Below, one piece after another: positions 10,396 to 20,129 of a DNA stretch of 64,000 nucleotides. The DNA is from a virus, in the IMG/VR virus record IMGVR_UViG_3300035670_000069, positions 44,557 through 108,556 of that record. One strand, given 5' to 3'. Each line of letters begins with the position of its first letter. Position 1 is the stretch's first letter. The notes under the pieces were generated by a model. That model saw nothing but the letters and a program-made list of their open reading frames with translations. It was not told the DNA's origin and did not search any database. Made by a program: the position numbers and the translations under genes.

Positions 10396-11408
10396 TGACA
10401 GTTTCAGTAGAAGATGTAATTGCTCAACTTAATCCAAAGTTAAGAAAAAGCATATTAGTTGGAGATGCTGTTCCTAAAACAGAGTATGCTCCAACGCCAA
10501 GTTATGGATTAAATAGAGCACTAAATGGTGGTCTTCCGTATGGACGCCAAGTTCTTATTTGGGGAAGCAAATCTAGCGCAAAGTCTTCTCTATGTTTGCA
10601 AACAATAGGTCTCGCACAAAAAGAAGGAAAGATCTGCGCTTGGATTGATGCAGAAATGTCTTATGACAAAGCATGGGCAGAAAGTCTTGGCGTTGACACC
10701 TCAAAGTTAATTGTTTCACAGGCAAGAACAATTAATGAGATGGTTGAGGTTGGGGTTAGTTTAATCGAGGCGGGAGTAGATATAATTGTTATTGATTCTA
10801 TAACATCACTGCTTCCAGCGATATATTTTGAAAAAGATTCTGATGAATTAAAGGCTCTTGAAAACACAAAACAGATTGGCGCAGAATCTAGAGATTTTAG
10901 TAATGCTTGGAAAATGCTTAACTATGCAAATAATAAAGTTAAGCCTACACTATTAATACTTATTTCTCAGTCTCGTAATAATATTAATGCAATGTATACT
11001 AGCCAGCAACCAACTGGTGGTCAGGCTACAAAGTTTTACTCATCTACAGTTGTTAAGTTGTTTTCTTCTGAATCAGATAACCAAGCCTTGAAGGGAAAGA
11101 TATATGTTGGCGACAAGGCTATTGAAGAAAAGGTTGGAAGAAAAGTTAGATGGGAACTCCAGTTTAGTAAAACCAGTCCTGCCTTTCAGTCTGGTGAATA
11201 TGATTTCTATTTTAGAGGCGATAACCTGGGCATCGATGGGGTCGCTGATCTTGTTGATACTGCTGAGTTAATGGGTATAGTTGAACGTACTGGCGCTTGG
11301 TATTTGCTTCCAGATGGCTCAAAGGTTCAGGGTAGAGAAGGATTTGTCAATAGAGTAAGAGAGGACCTTGATCTACAAGACATGATTAAGAACAAAATCA
11401 GTGGATAA
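10395..11408 (+). CDS. recA: RecA-like recombinase
   Basis: GGLPYGR, WIDAE, IVIDSI, SQSR, TGGQATKFYSS, GAWY motifs. Confidence 0.93.
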   Translation: MTVSVEDVIAQLNPKLRKSILVGDAVPKTEYAPTPSYGLNRALNGGLPYGRQVLIWGSKSSAKSSLCLQTIGLAQKEGKICAWIDAEMSYDKAWAESLGVDTSKLIVSQARTINEMVEVGVSLIEAGVDIIVIDSITSLLPAIYFEKDSDELKALENTKQIGAESRDFSNAWKMLNYANNKVKPTLLILISQSRNNINAMYTSQQPTGGQATKFYSSTVVKLFSSESDNQALKGKIYVGDKAIEEKVGRKVRWELQFSKTSPAFQSGEYDFYFRGDNLGIDGVADLVDTAELMGIVERTGAWYLLPDGSKVQGREGFVNRVREDLDLQDMIKNKISG

Positions 11409-11586
11409 GTATACAATTTACGAAGGTCAGTTTCCTTGTAAAGTATGTAAGAAAGAGGTTAGAACAATAAGACTGTATGCAAAAACTGGAATGGCTTCTT
11501 GGATGTGTCCAGACAAACATTTATCAGAGGTGTTATTATTTAAAGTAGGTTATAAAAAGAAGCAGGGCAATGAGCGAAAAGAGTGA
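11401..11586 (+). CDS. Small Cys/His-containing protein
   Basis: CKVC...CPDKH. Confidence 0.55.
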   Translation: MDKYTIYEGQFPCKVCKKEVRTIRLYAKTGMASWMCPDKHLSEVLLFKVGYKKKQGNERKE

Positions 11587-11869
11587 AAGTAAAAGATTAG
11601 GTGCTAGTCAGCATAAAAACTCTGGAAGAAATACCAAAAAGGGTGATGCTACTTGGCAAAACTTTACTGTAGATTTTAAAGAAGTCAAAAAATCATTTAC
11701 CATTAATCAAGACATATGGGCAAAAGCAGTTACTGATGCAATTAAAAATAATAATGATCCAGCAGTAGTTTTAATTATTGGGGAGGGTAACAAAAAAATT
11801 AGACTTGCACTTTTAGAATTAGACTTATTAGAAAATATTTTGGGGTATAATAATGTATATGATAAATAA
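11570..11869 (+). CDS. PD-(D/E)xK nuclease, Holliday-junction-resolvase-like
   Basis: E..NSG..KGD..VDFKE arrangement, downstream of recA. Confidence 0.6.
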   Translation: MSEKSESKRLGASQHKNSGRNTKKGDATWQNFTVDFKEVKKSFTINQDIWAKAVTDAIKNNNDPAVVLIIGEGNKKIRLALLELDLLENILGYNNVYDK

Positions 11870-12479
11870 TAAACTTAAAGATGTTTTTACGAAAAATGAA
11901 AGGGCTGAGATTTATTCCTCTATTAATAAAGAGTTGTCCTCAAGAGAAACTGTAGAGTGGGATGATGCCTCAATGGGGGGGACTCACAAAGAAAACCTTA
12001 TAAGAATTAAAAGAAAAGGACTGGGCAGACTAGAGATTAACAATCTTCCATTGCCAAATACAATTATTCAAAAAATATTTAGAATAAGCCAACAAATTTA
12101 TCAGTTGGATGTTTCATACCCTAAAAATATAAGTGGAATTACCTATGTAGAATATAATCCAAAATATGGAGAGCCAGTTTTAAATGTTCATAAAGATAAC
12201 GGCACATGCGGATTAATATTAGACTATCAATTAGAATCTAATACATCCTGGGAATTCGGAGTAGAAAAAACGCTTTATACTCTAGAAGATAATGAATTAA
12301 TTGCAATGTACCCAATAACTCATTATCATTGGAGACCAAAAAAGGTTTGGAACGAGGGCGAATATATAAAATTAATATTTTTTGAATTCTTTACTCCAAA
12401 ATTAGAAAAGTTAGAAGATGAAAGTTTAAAAAATGAAATTATAAACTTTTCAAAGGAGTACTTACAAAATGAATTATAA
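11853..12479 (+). CDS. 2OG-Fe(II) oxygenase-like protein (HWR type), copy 1
   Basis: HKD..LDYQL..N..W..HWR; HxD...H triad. Confidence 0.65.
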   Translation: MYMINNKLKDVFTKNERAEIYSSINKELSSRETVEWDDASMGGTHKENLIRIKRKGLGRLEINNLPLPNTIIQKIFRISQQIYQLDVSYPKNISGITYVEYNPKYGEPVLNVHKDNGTCGLILDYQLESNTSWEFGVEKTLYTLEDNELIAMYPITHYHWRPKKVWNEGEYIKLIFFEFFTPKLEKLEDESLKNEIINFSKEYLQNEL

Positions 12480-13125
12480 TGAATTTAAAAAAGACTCTGG
12501 TTTTGTAGAAAATGAAAACTTTAATCCTATTATTGTTAAAGATATTTTTTCTGCAGATCAAATTAAAAGAATATATGATGCAGTTAATAATACCAAAATT
12601 GAAAATACTCATTTACAAAAATGGGCAGGACACAGGGCTTGGGATACAAAATTTGATAAAGATATTGAAGACTCTATAACTGAAAAAGCAAAAGAGCATT
12701 TTGGAGATAATATATCGCTGTGCGGAGACTATTCATTTGCAAGATATTCTCCAAGTTACGGATATGTATGTAAATTATTTCCACATTATGATACAAGAGA
12801 CTACCAAAGAATTACATTTGACATTCAGTTAAATGCCTCAGAAGAATGGGCTATTGTTGTTGAGGGCAATCGTTATGTTCTTGAAAACAATCAAGCCTTA
12901 ATGTTTGCTGGAACACAGCAGATACATTGGCGAGAGAACAAGCAAATTAACCAGGAGGCTTCTATAGACATGATATTTTGTCATCTTCAGTATGTTCCAA
13001 ACAAAGAAATAGAAAATGGGCAAAATGAAATTTTAACAAAAAGGGCTAACTTTTTAATAGAAGAAACAGGCATTTCAAATGAAGAAATTGAAATAGGGTA
13101 TAATATACTAGGAGGCAAATTATGA
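12469..13125 (+). CDS. 2OG-Fe(II) oxygenase-like protein, copy 2
   Basis: LFPHYD..TFDIQL..NQALMFAGTQQIHWR. Confidence 0.7.
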   Translation: MNYNEFKKDSGFVENENFNPIIVKDIFSADQIKRIYDAVNNTKIENTHLQKWAGHRAWDTKFDKDIEDSITEKAKEHFGDNISLCGDYSFARYSPSYGYVCKLFPHYDTRDYQRITFDIQLNASEEWAIVVEGNRYVLENNQALMFAGTQQIHWRENKQINQEASIDMIFCHLQYVPNKEIENGQNEILTKRANFLIEETGISNEEIEIGYNILGGKL

Positions 13126-13736
13126 AATATGATGAAATAAATACAGTAGTTGAGCAAGTTTTTACCAGTGATGAAATTAGTGATATCTATAAGGCAATAG
13201 AGAATAATGTTGGGGGAGACTTTGTAAAAGTACATTCTCAAGCCAATACATTTATTTCTTTACCAGAAAATATATTAAATAAGGTTAGAGATAAATCAAG
13301 AGAACTTTCAGGAAATAACAATTTAGAAATAACCGAATATTGTCATGCAAGATATAACAATGTTACAAGTAATTGTGGACAGTTTCATTTTAAGCCATCC
13401 TTGTTCCCACACTATGATGAAACATTTAAGCAGCCTAGATTTACTTTTGACTATCAACTTAATTCAAATATAGACTGGGCTTTAGTTGTTGAACCAGATA
13501 AAGAGTTTATCTTAAAAGATAACGAGGCTCTAACATTTAGCGGGACACATCAAATACATTGGAGAAAACCTACACATTTTGAAGATGATCAATATGTAGA
13601 GATGTTATTCTTTCATTTATCTGATCCAAACTCTGGACCCAAGGGCGAGGATGTAAATAAAATTATGAATGAAAAAGCAAATTATTATAAAGAAATATTT
13701 TATGCAAATGGTGGATTTAGTAATTTGGATAAATAA
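13122..13736 (+). CDS. 2OG-Fe(II) oxygenase-like protein, copy 3
   Basis: LFPHYD..TFDYQL..NEALTFSGTHQIHWR. Confidence 0.7.
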   Translation: MKYDEINTVVEQVFTSDEISDIYKAIENNVGGDFVKVHSQANTFISLPENILNKVRDKSRELSGNNNLEITEYCHARYNNVTSNCGQFHFKPSLFPHYDETFKQPRFTFDYQLNSNIDWALVVEPDKEFILKDNEALTFSGTHQIHWRKPTHFEDDQYVEMLFFHLSDPNSGPKGEDVNKIMNEKANYYKEIFYANGGFSNLDK

Positions 13737-14398
13737 TGAAAAAATCAGCATTTGAGTATAAATATTTAAATGGTTCAAAAAATTTTAAAAAGCAGGTTCC
13801 ATTTTATATTGATAACTTTTTAACAAATCAAGAAATTGTTGATTTAAAAAAAGCAATATTGGATGGCAAGGACACGTCTGTAAATAAAAATGGGACAGAT
13901 TATGTTAACTTTATTTGCCCAGATAGCATTGAAAAAAAATCAACTGAAATAGGAAATGACGTATATGATTTAGAATTAAAACTTTTACATAAATCATATA
14001 TTGCGTATAAATATAATTCTGAACAAGAAACAATTTTGTCTCCACACATAGATAATACAGAAAATATAATTACTATAGATTATTGCTTAGATACAAATAT
14101 AGATTGGCCTATAACTATATGTGATATAGATAATAATTTTGATTGTAATGATTTTTCTATAAGGCCAAACCAAGCACTAGTTTTTAGCGGAATAAATCAG
14201 GTTCATTGGAGGCCAAAAAGAATTTTTTCTGAGGGCGAATTTTGCGACATTGTTGTTTTATCATTATCTTCTATAGAAGCGGATATAGAAAAAGATAACA
14301 ATTCCAAAGTAAATCATGTTTTAAAATATTTAGAAATAAACAAAAGACCAGAAATAATTGATGCTTTTAAAAAATATAATGGGGGTAGCCTTGGCTGA
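13736..14398 (+). CDS. 2OG-Fe(II) oxygenase-like protein, copy 4
   Basis: LSPHID..TIDYCL..NQALVFSGINQVHWR. Confidence 0.7.
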   Translation: MKKSAFEYKYLNGSKNFKKQVPFYIDNFLTNQEIVDLKKAILDGKDTSVNKNGTDYVNFICPDSIEKKSTEIGNDVYDLELKLLHKSYIAYKYNSEQETILSPHIDNTENIITIDYCLDTNIDWPITICDIDNNFDCNDFSIRPNQALVFSGINQVHWRPKRIFSEGEFCDIVVLSLSSIEADIEKDNNSKVNHVLKYLEINKRPEIIDAFKKYNGGSLG

Positions 14399-15179
14399 AT
14401 TACACAAATACTTAACTGGGTTTGATCAATATAATAAGGATTTGCCATTTTATATTGATGATTTATTTTCAGAAGATCAGGCTACAAGAATTAAAAACTT
14501 GATAGAAAAAAATAGAAAAATTGAACCTTTTATAATTGGGGATAGAATTGAAGATGGTTATATTAGGACATCAACTTTTAGAAGTAGGTATCAGCCAAAA
14601 ATTGCTAAAAATATGTCTAGAACATTGATTGAATTTGATATGCCAGAAGATTGTGAAAAACGACTAGATGAAATAGCAAAACCACTATATAAAGAAGATA
14701 TAGCGCTATGTCATTGGAATTATATAGATTATAATTTAAAGTATGGGTATGGAGACAACAGTCCAGCGCTTCCGCCACATTTAGATGCAGATGAAAATTT
14801 AGTAACAATAAATTATTGCCTTGACACTAATATAGAATGGGATTTGTATGTGGGGAACTGGAATGATACTGGGAATTTTACTAAATATACTTTGGGTGCA
14901 GGACAAACAATTGTATTTAGTGCTGTTAATCAAATTCACTGGAGACCAAAACGTAAGTTTAAAGATGGTGAATTCTGTGAAATTATAAGCATGGATTATT
15001 GTAGACTAAGCAGTTATAGATTTACTGGAGAAAAAAATCCAATAGATCCAGAGCATTTTCCAGAAAAAAGAAAAGAATATTTGGATAAGTTACAGTCTAG
15101 GCCAGACATGATTTCTGCTTTTAATTTATGGAATTCCGAAGGAATAAAAAATAACATACCTATAGAATCGATGGGATAA
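14391..15179 (+). CDS. 2OG-Fe(II) oxygenase-like protein, copy 5
   Basis: LPPHLD..TINYCL..FSAVNQIHWR; TTG start after GGGGG. Confidence 0.7.
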   Translation: MAELHKYLTGFDQYNKDLPFYIDDLFSEDQATRIKNLIEKNRKIEPFIIGDRIEDGYIRTSTFRSRYQPKIAKNMSRTLIEFDMPEDCEKRLDEIAKPLYKEDIALCHWNYIDYNLKYGYGDNSPALPPHLDADENLVTINYCLDTNIEWDLYVGNWNDTGNFTKYTLGAGQTIVFSAVNQIHWRPKRKFKDGEFCEIISMDYCRLSSYRFTGEKNPIDPEHFPEKRKEYLDKLQSRPDMISAFNLWNSEGIKNNIPIESMG

Positions 15180-15484
15180 TGGAAAATCAACAAACAACAA
15201 TAGAAATGATTAATGGTTTATCTGAAATATCTGAGTATATGGAAGATGAAGAACTTACGTCAGCACTAACAACAATAGCAAAACTTATTTTAAAGCCAGA
15301 CATTCCAATGAATGTAGCAACTCTTGAAATAGTTAGGCTTCAGGCAATTGCTGCAAAAATGTCACTAAAGGCTACGTGGATGGCTAATGTTGATAAAAGC
15401 AATAGGGGTAAAAAGAATATTTATTATACAGCAGCAGAGGCAATTAATAATCTTGTATCTGCTCTTAAATACATCACTCGCTGA
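15179..15484 (+). CDS. Hypothetical helical protein
   Basis: 101 aa ORF directly upstream of the exonuclease. Confidence 0.65.
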   Translation: MENQQTTIEMINGLSEISEYMEDEELTSALTTIAKLILKPDIPMNVATLEIVRLQAIAAKMSLKATWMANVDKSNRGKKNIYYTAAEAINNLVSALKYITR

Positions 15485-15519
15485 TTTCTGATATAATAGT
15501 TAAAACTTAAAGGATACTT

Positions 15520-16380
15520 ATGACAAAAAACTTGTTAAAAGAAGTAATGATTAAAAAAGAAAAGAAGCCAGAAATTGTCAAGCATGAAGTGTTTGATGTA
15601 GAAGGAATGATTGAAAAAATACAGTCTGGATACCTTGTTGGGCGTGAGCCAAAACAAGAAAAAAAGAAAACCTTTGCTCCATCAACTTTGGCGTACGGCC
15701 AAGGAGAATGTCCTAGATATTGGTATTTAGCATTTGAAGGTGGAATGTTTGAGAAAAATGACACACCATATGGCGTAGCCAATATGACTTCTGGAACATT
15801 ATCTCATGACAGGATTCAGGATGCTATGCTTAAATCTGGCATAGCAAAATCTTTCTTGGATGAGAAAGAAACAGAAAAGCAGGGTAAAGAGGTTTATACT
15901 ACAGAGTTTAAGGTTATAAATAATGATCCACCAATCTTTGGATATGGCGATGCTATGATCCTGTGGAATGATGAAGAGATTGTTGGAGAAATTAAAACAA
16001 TGCCTAATGATGCATTCGAATATTTTAAAACTGTACAAAAGCCTAAAAAGGGTCATGTTATTCAGTTATTAATATATATGAAGGTATTAGATAAAGCAAA
16101 AGGTGTTTTAATTTATGAAAATAAAAATAATCATGAATTATTAACATTTCCAATACAAGTAAACAGTCACTATATTCGGTGGGTAAATCAAACATTTGAC
16201 TGGTTGCGTGAGACAAGAAAGGCATGGGTTGACAAAACCTTGCCCAAGAAAAATTATAGATCTAATTCAAAGGTCTGTAAGGTATGTCCATTGCAACAGG
16301 CATGTGCTGATGCTGGGGACGGAACTATAAAAATCAAATCCCTGGAGCCACTAGAAGATGAAACATTGCCAATGGTGTGA
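15520..16380 (+). CDS. Cas4/RecB-like PD-(D/E)xK exonuclease
   Basis: N-terminal CPR, GTLSH, GDA..EIK, QLLIY and C-terminal CKVC...C. Confidence 0.85.
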   Translation: MTKNLLKEVMIKKEKKPEIVKHEVFDVEGMIEKIQSGYLVGREPKQEKKKTFAPSTLAYGQGECPRYWYLAFEGGMFEKNDTPYGVANMTSGTLSHDRIQDAMLKSGIAKSFLDEKETEKQGKEVYTTEFKVINNDPPIFGYGDAMILWNDEEIVGEIKTMPNDAFEYFKTVQKPKKGHVIQLLIYMKVLDKAKGVLIYENKNNHELLTFPIQVNSHYIRWVNQTFDWLRETRKAWVDKTLPKKNYRSNSKVCKVCPLQQACADAGDGTIKIKSLEPLEDETLPMV

Positions 16381-16648
16381 TAAAGAGTTTGAATCAAAGA
16401 TATCTTATCAGATCTATTGTTCTGAAGAATGCAGAGATGCTGCAACTAAAGAAAAAATAGCACAAAGGTATATTCAAACAAGAAGGCAAAAACGAAAGGG
16501 AAAGCATAGGGTTTGCAAACAATGTGGAGAAAAATTGTCTATATATAATGACGATCCACTATGCGTTAAATGTAATATTCATCCAGGAGACGTAAAAAAA
16601 GCATTAAAAGAAATAAAAGGAATGACAAATGCTAAACGAAAAAAGTGA
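16358..16648 (+). CDS. Cys-rich zinc-binding protein
   Basis: CQWC, YCSEEC, CKQC, CVKC. Confidence 0.65.
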   Translation: MKHCQWCDKEFESKISYQIYCSEECRDAATKEKIAQRYIQTRRQKRKGKHRVCKQCGEKLSIYNDDPLCVKCNIHPGDVKKALKEIKGMTNAKRKK

Positions 16649-17192
16649 AATATATAATATTTGTGCAATAGATGCAAGCACAAATAGTTTAGCCTTTGCT
16701 ATTTATTCTCACGGCAAGTTAGCAAAATATGGAAAGATAAACTTTGAAGGCAAAGATGTATACGAAAAAATAATTGACGCATGCAAAAAATCTAAAGCAC
16801 TGTTTACTTATTATAATTGCATGCAGGCTATAGTAATTGAGCATACTGTTTTTATGAATTCCCCCAAAACAGCAGCAGACCTAGCACTTGTTCAAGGTGC
16901 AATTCTTGGAGGTGCTGGTATGGCGGGGATTAATAAAATAGGCAAGGTCTCGCCAATAACCTGGCAAAGTTATCTGGGTAACAAAAAATTAACTAAAGAA
17001 GAACAATTACAGATAAGGTCCGCCAACCCAGGCAAATCTATTTCTTGGTATAAAACCTACGAAAGAGATTTTAGAAAGAAAAGAACCATCAAGTTATTAG
17101 ATATTATTTATGATAAAAAAATAGATGACTATGACGTAGCAGACGCCTGCGGTATAGGTCATTGGGCAGTCAATAATTTGGAGAAGGCATGA
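16629..17192 (+). CDS. RuvC-like Holliday junction resolvase
   Basis: AIDAS, IVIE, DVADA acidic triad. Confidence 0.8.
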   Translation: MLNEKSEIYNICAIDASTNSLAFAIYSHGKLAKYGKINFEGKDVYEKIIDACKKSKALFTYYNCMQAIVIEHTVFMNSPKTAADLALVQGAILGGAGMAGINKIGKVSPITWQSYLGNKKLTKEEQLQIRSANPGKSISWYKTYERDFRKKRTIKLLDIIYDKKIDDYDVADACGIGHWAVNNLEKA

Positions 17193-17425
17193 ATAAGGCT
17201 GAACTTAAAGTAGAAATGTTGATGGAACATCTTTTGCTACAAAATGCAATAGAGGTTGAGGGGTTTGACAAAAGCACTGGGGAGACGGTATACTCTATTA
17301 CAGACAAACTAAAAGAGGTGGCCCCAGAAATGTATGCTGACTTAAACAAACAATTCACCGCTCACATGCTGGCCCTAATTGATGAGGGGCCAAAAACAAT
17401 GAGGTGGAAAATAAATAATGCCTAA
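17189..17425 (+). CDS. Hypothetical protein, paralogue of 37170..37490
   Basis: DKSTGETVYSITDKLKEVAPE vs DKDTGEVLYSFTSKLEEVSPE. Confidence 0.65.
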   Translation: MNKAELKVEMLMEHLLLQNAIEVEGFDKSTGETVYSITDKLKEVAPEMYADLNKQFTAHMLALIDEGPKTMRWKINNA

Positions 17426-17573
17426 TAAATTTTATACTAACTCTGATTGGCTGCGTAAAAGATATGCTGTAGATAAAAGATCTCCACAAGATATTGCAAA
17501 AGAGTGTGGTGTATCCGTAGAAACAATATATGTATATTTGGCAAAATTTGGATTAAGGAAATCAAAGCGATGA
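17418..17573 (+). CDS. Small HTH DNA-binding protein (not in ORF track)
   Basis: MPNKFYTNSDWLRKRYAVDKRSPQDIAKECGVSVETIYVYLAKFGLRKSKR, 51 aa. Confidence 0.75.
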   Translation: MPNKFYTNSDWLRKRYAVDKRSPQDIAKECGVSVETIYVYLAKFGLRKSKR

Positions 17574-17815
17574 CAGAAAAATTTAATATTACAGTTGATC
17601 AGGTAAATCATCCAACTCATTACACCTCAGATCCTTCAGGTGTTGAGTGTATTCAAATTACAAGACATAGAAACTTTAATATAGGAAATGCCTTTAAATA
17701 TCTTTGGAGAGCGGGATTAAAAAACCAAGACACTCAAATTGAAGATTTAAAAAAGGCTATCTTTTATATTCAGGATGAAATTAAAAGACTAGAGGGCAGA
17801 CATGTCAACGACTGA
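17570..17815 (+). CDS. DUF3310/SaV-like protein
   Basis: VNHPTHY..ECI..GNAFKYLWRAG.K..EDLKKA.FY. Confidence 0.88.
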   Translation: MTEKFNITVDQVNHPTHYTSDPSGVECIQITRHRNFNIGNAFKYLWRAGLKNQDTQIEDLKKAIFYIQDEIKRLEGRHVND

Positions 17816-18338
17816 AGAAGACTTAACCAAACACTTAGATGAGATTAACACCGTTGTTGGAGAATATCTAAAAGGTAATGACGCTACCAAAATATCTAAA
17901 GATCTTGCTATACCAAGAACCCGTGTAGTACAGCATATCAATGAGTGGAAAGTTATGGCCTCTGCCAATGATGCAATTCGTGCACGTGCAAAAGAAGCCC
18001 TTGCTGTTGCAGATACACATTATAATAAATTAATATCTAGATCATACGAAGTAATTGACGAGGCATCTCTTACTAATAATCTAAGTGCTAAGACTGCAGC
18101 AATTAAATTAGTAATGGATATTGAATCTAAAAGAATTGATATGTTACAAAAGGCAGGTTTGTTAGAGAACAAAGAACTGGCAGAAGAAATGCTGCAAATA
18201 GAAAAGAAGCAAGATATTCTCATGGGTATTTTAAAAGATATAGCATCAGAATATCCTCAAATACGTGATGAGATTATGCGTAGGCTATCTGATATTTCTA
18301 AAAAGGATGAAGTGATTACAATTGTCCATGATGTTTGA
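17802..18338 (+). CDS. Probable terminase small subunit
   Basis: N-terminal HTH-like segment plus helices, overlapping the large-subunit gene. Confidence 0.55.
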   Translation: MSTTEEDLTKHLDEINTVVGEYLKGNDATKISKDLAIPRTRVVQHINEWKVMASANDAIRARAKEALAVADTHYNKLISRSYEVIDEASLTNNLSAKTAAIKLVMDIESKRIDMLQKAGLLENKELAEEMLQIEKKQDILMGILKDIASEYPQIRDEIMRRLSDISKKDEVITIVHDV

Positions 18339-20106
18339 TGATTTTTTAGAGGCCCTTGCTGATAATCATTTTGAAGAAACTCCAGTAGATGCAAAAACTT
18401 TTGTTGAGTCTCCAGATTATTTGGGACAGCCAGCACTTTCTGATATTCAATACGACATTGTAGAAGCAATGAGTCAAATTTATCGCAAAGAAGATCTTCA
18501 AACAATTATGGGAGAAGAGGAAGGAGCAAGATATTATGAAAAATACACAAAGAACGAAATTATTCTTCAACTTGGGAAGGGCAGTGGGAAGGACTTTACC
18601 TCTACTGTTGCCTGCTCTTATATTGTATATAAGTTATTATGTCTTAAAGACCCTGCAAGATATTTCGGAAAACCAAGTGGAGATGCAATAGATCTTATCA
18701 ATGTTGCTATTAATGCACAGCAGGCTAAGAATGTTTTCTTTAAAGGCTTTAAATCAAAAATAGAAAGATCACCTTGGTTCGCTGGCAAGTATGAAGCAAA
18801 GGTAGATTCTATTAGTTTTGACAAATCAATTACAGTTTATTCTGGACACTCAGAAAGAGAGTCTCATGAGGGCCTTAATCTTTTATTAGCAGTTCTTGAC
18901 GAGATTTCTGGTTTTGCATCAGAGGTGGCAACAGGAAATGAACAAGGAAAGACTGCTGACAATATCTATAAAGCATTTCGTGGATCAGTTGACTCTCGCT
19001 TCCCTGATCTTGGCAAAGTAGTTCTTCTTTCGTTCCCAAGATATAACGGAGACTTTATTTCTGAGCGGTACGAATCAGTAATTGCAGATAAAGAAGTTAT
19101 AAGCAAAACACATAGGTTTATTATTAATCCATTATTACCAGAGGATGATAAAGATAATTGGTTTGATATTGCTTGGGATGAAGATCATATTAAATCATAT
19201 AAATACCCTGGAGTATTTGCATTAAAAAGACCAACATGGGAAGTTAATCCTACAAGAAAAATTGATGATTTTAAGATTGCCTTTATGACTGACCTTGGAG
19301 ATGCAATGATGCGTTTTGCTTGTGTGCCAACATATGCTTCTGATGCATTTTTTAAGCAGGCTGACAAAGTAAGGGCATGTATGACTATTAGAAATCCTCT
19401 TGATGCCTTTAGAAGATTTGAGGAAAACTTTAAGCCAGACCCAGAAAAAATTTATTATGTTCATGCCGACCTTGCACAAAAGCATGACAAGTGTGCTGTT
19501 GCTATCGCCCATGTTGAGAAATGGGTTAATGTTCAAGTAATTAAGGACTATGAACAAATATCCCCAATTGTTGTTGTCGATGCCGTTGCTTGGTGGGAGC
19601 CAAAAGTAGAGGGTCCAGTTAATCTATCTGAAGTGAAGCAGTGGATACAAAATCTAAGAAGGCTTGGATTTAATATAGGATTAGTTACATTTGACCGTTG
19701 GCAATCGTTTGATATTCAAAATGAATTGCAGGCGGTAGGCATGAGAACAGAAACAGTATCAGTAGCAAAGAAGCACTATGAGGACATGGCCATGCTTGTG
19801 TATGAAGAACGACTCGCTATGCCTGCTATAGAACTTTTGTTTGAAGAATTAACTGAACTTAAGATTATGAAAAATGATAAGGTTGACCACCCCCGTAAAA
19901 AATCTAAGGACTTGGCAGATGCTGTGTGTGGTTCTATTTTTGGTGCAATATCCCATACCCCACGAGATCAAAACCTTGAAGTAGAAGTTCATACTTTTAA
20001 GGATAGGCCTAAACGAGTTGACACGCTCCCTGAGAACGTGATACAATATAAACCTAGTCAAATAGAAGACATAAAAGACTATTTGGATAGACTTAAAACA
20101 ATATAA
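18322..20106 (+). CDS. terL: Terminase large subunit
   Basis: GKGSGKD Walker A, LAVLDE Walker B, HADLA, FDRWQ, VDHP..SKDLADA nuclease motifs. Confidence 0.92.
   Translation: MSMMFDDFLEALADNHFEETPVDAKTFVESPDYLGQPALSDIQYDIVEAMSQIYRKEDLQTIMGEEEGARYYEKYTKNEIILQLGKGSGKDFTSTVACSYIVYKLLCLKDPARYFGKPSGDAIDLINVAINAQQAKNVFFKGFKSKIERSPWFAGKYEAKVDSISFDKSITVYSGHSERESHEGLNLLLAVLDEISGFASEVATGNEQGKTADNIYKAFRGSVDSRFPDLGKVVLLSFPRYNGDFISERYESVIADKEVISKTHRFIINPLLPEDDKDNWFDIAWDEDHIKSYKYPGVFALKRPTWEVNPTRKIDDFKIAFMTDLGDAMMRFACVPTYASDAFFKQADKVRACMTIRNPLDAFRRFEENFKPDPEKIYYVHADLAQKHDKCAVAIAHVEKWVNVQVIKDYEQISPIVVVDAVAWWEPKVEGPVNLSEVKQWIQNLRRLGFNIGLVTFDRWQSFDIQNELQAVGMRTETVSVAKKHYEDMAMLVYEERLAMPAIELLFEELTELKIMKNDKVDHPRKKSKDLADAVCGSIFGAISHTPRDQNLEVEVHTFKDRPKRVDTLPENVIQYKPSQIEDIKDYLDRLKTI
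20018..20047 (+). promoter_or_regulatory. Promoter in the terminase 3' end
   Basis: TTGACA-N18-TACAAT with extended TG. Confidence 0.55.
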
Positions 20107-20129
20107 GAAATGAATATAAAAGGAGAAAA

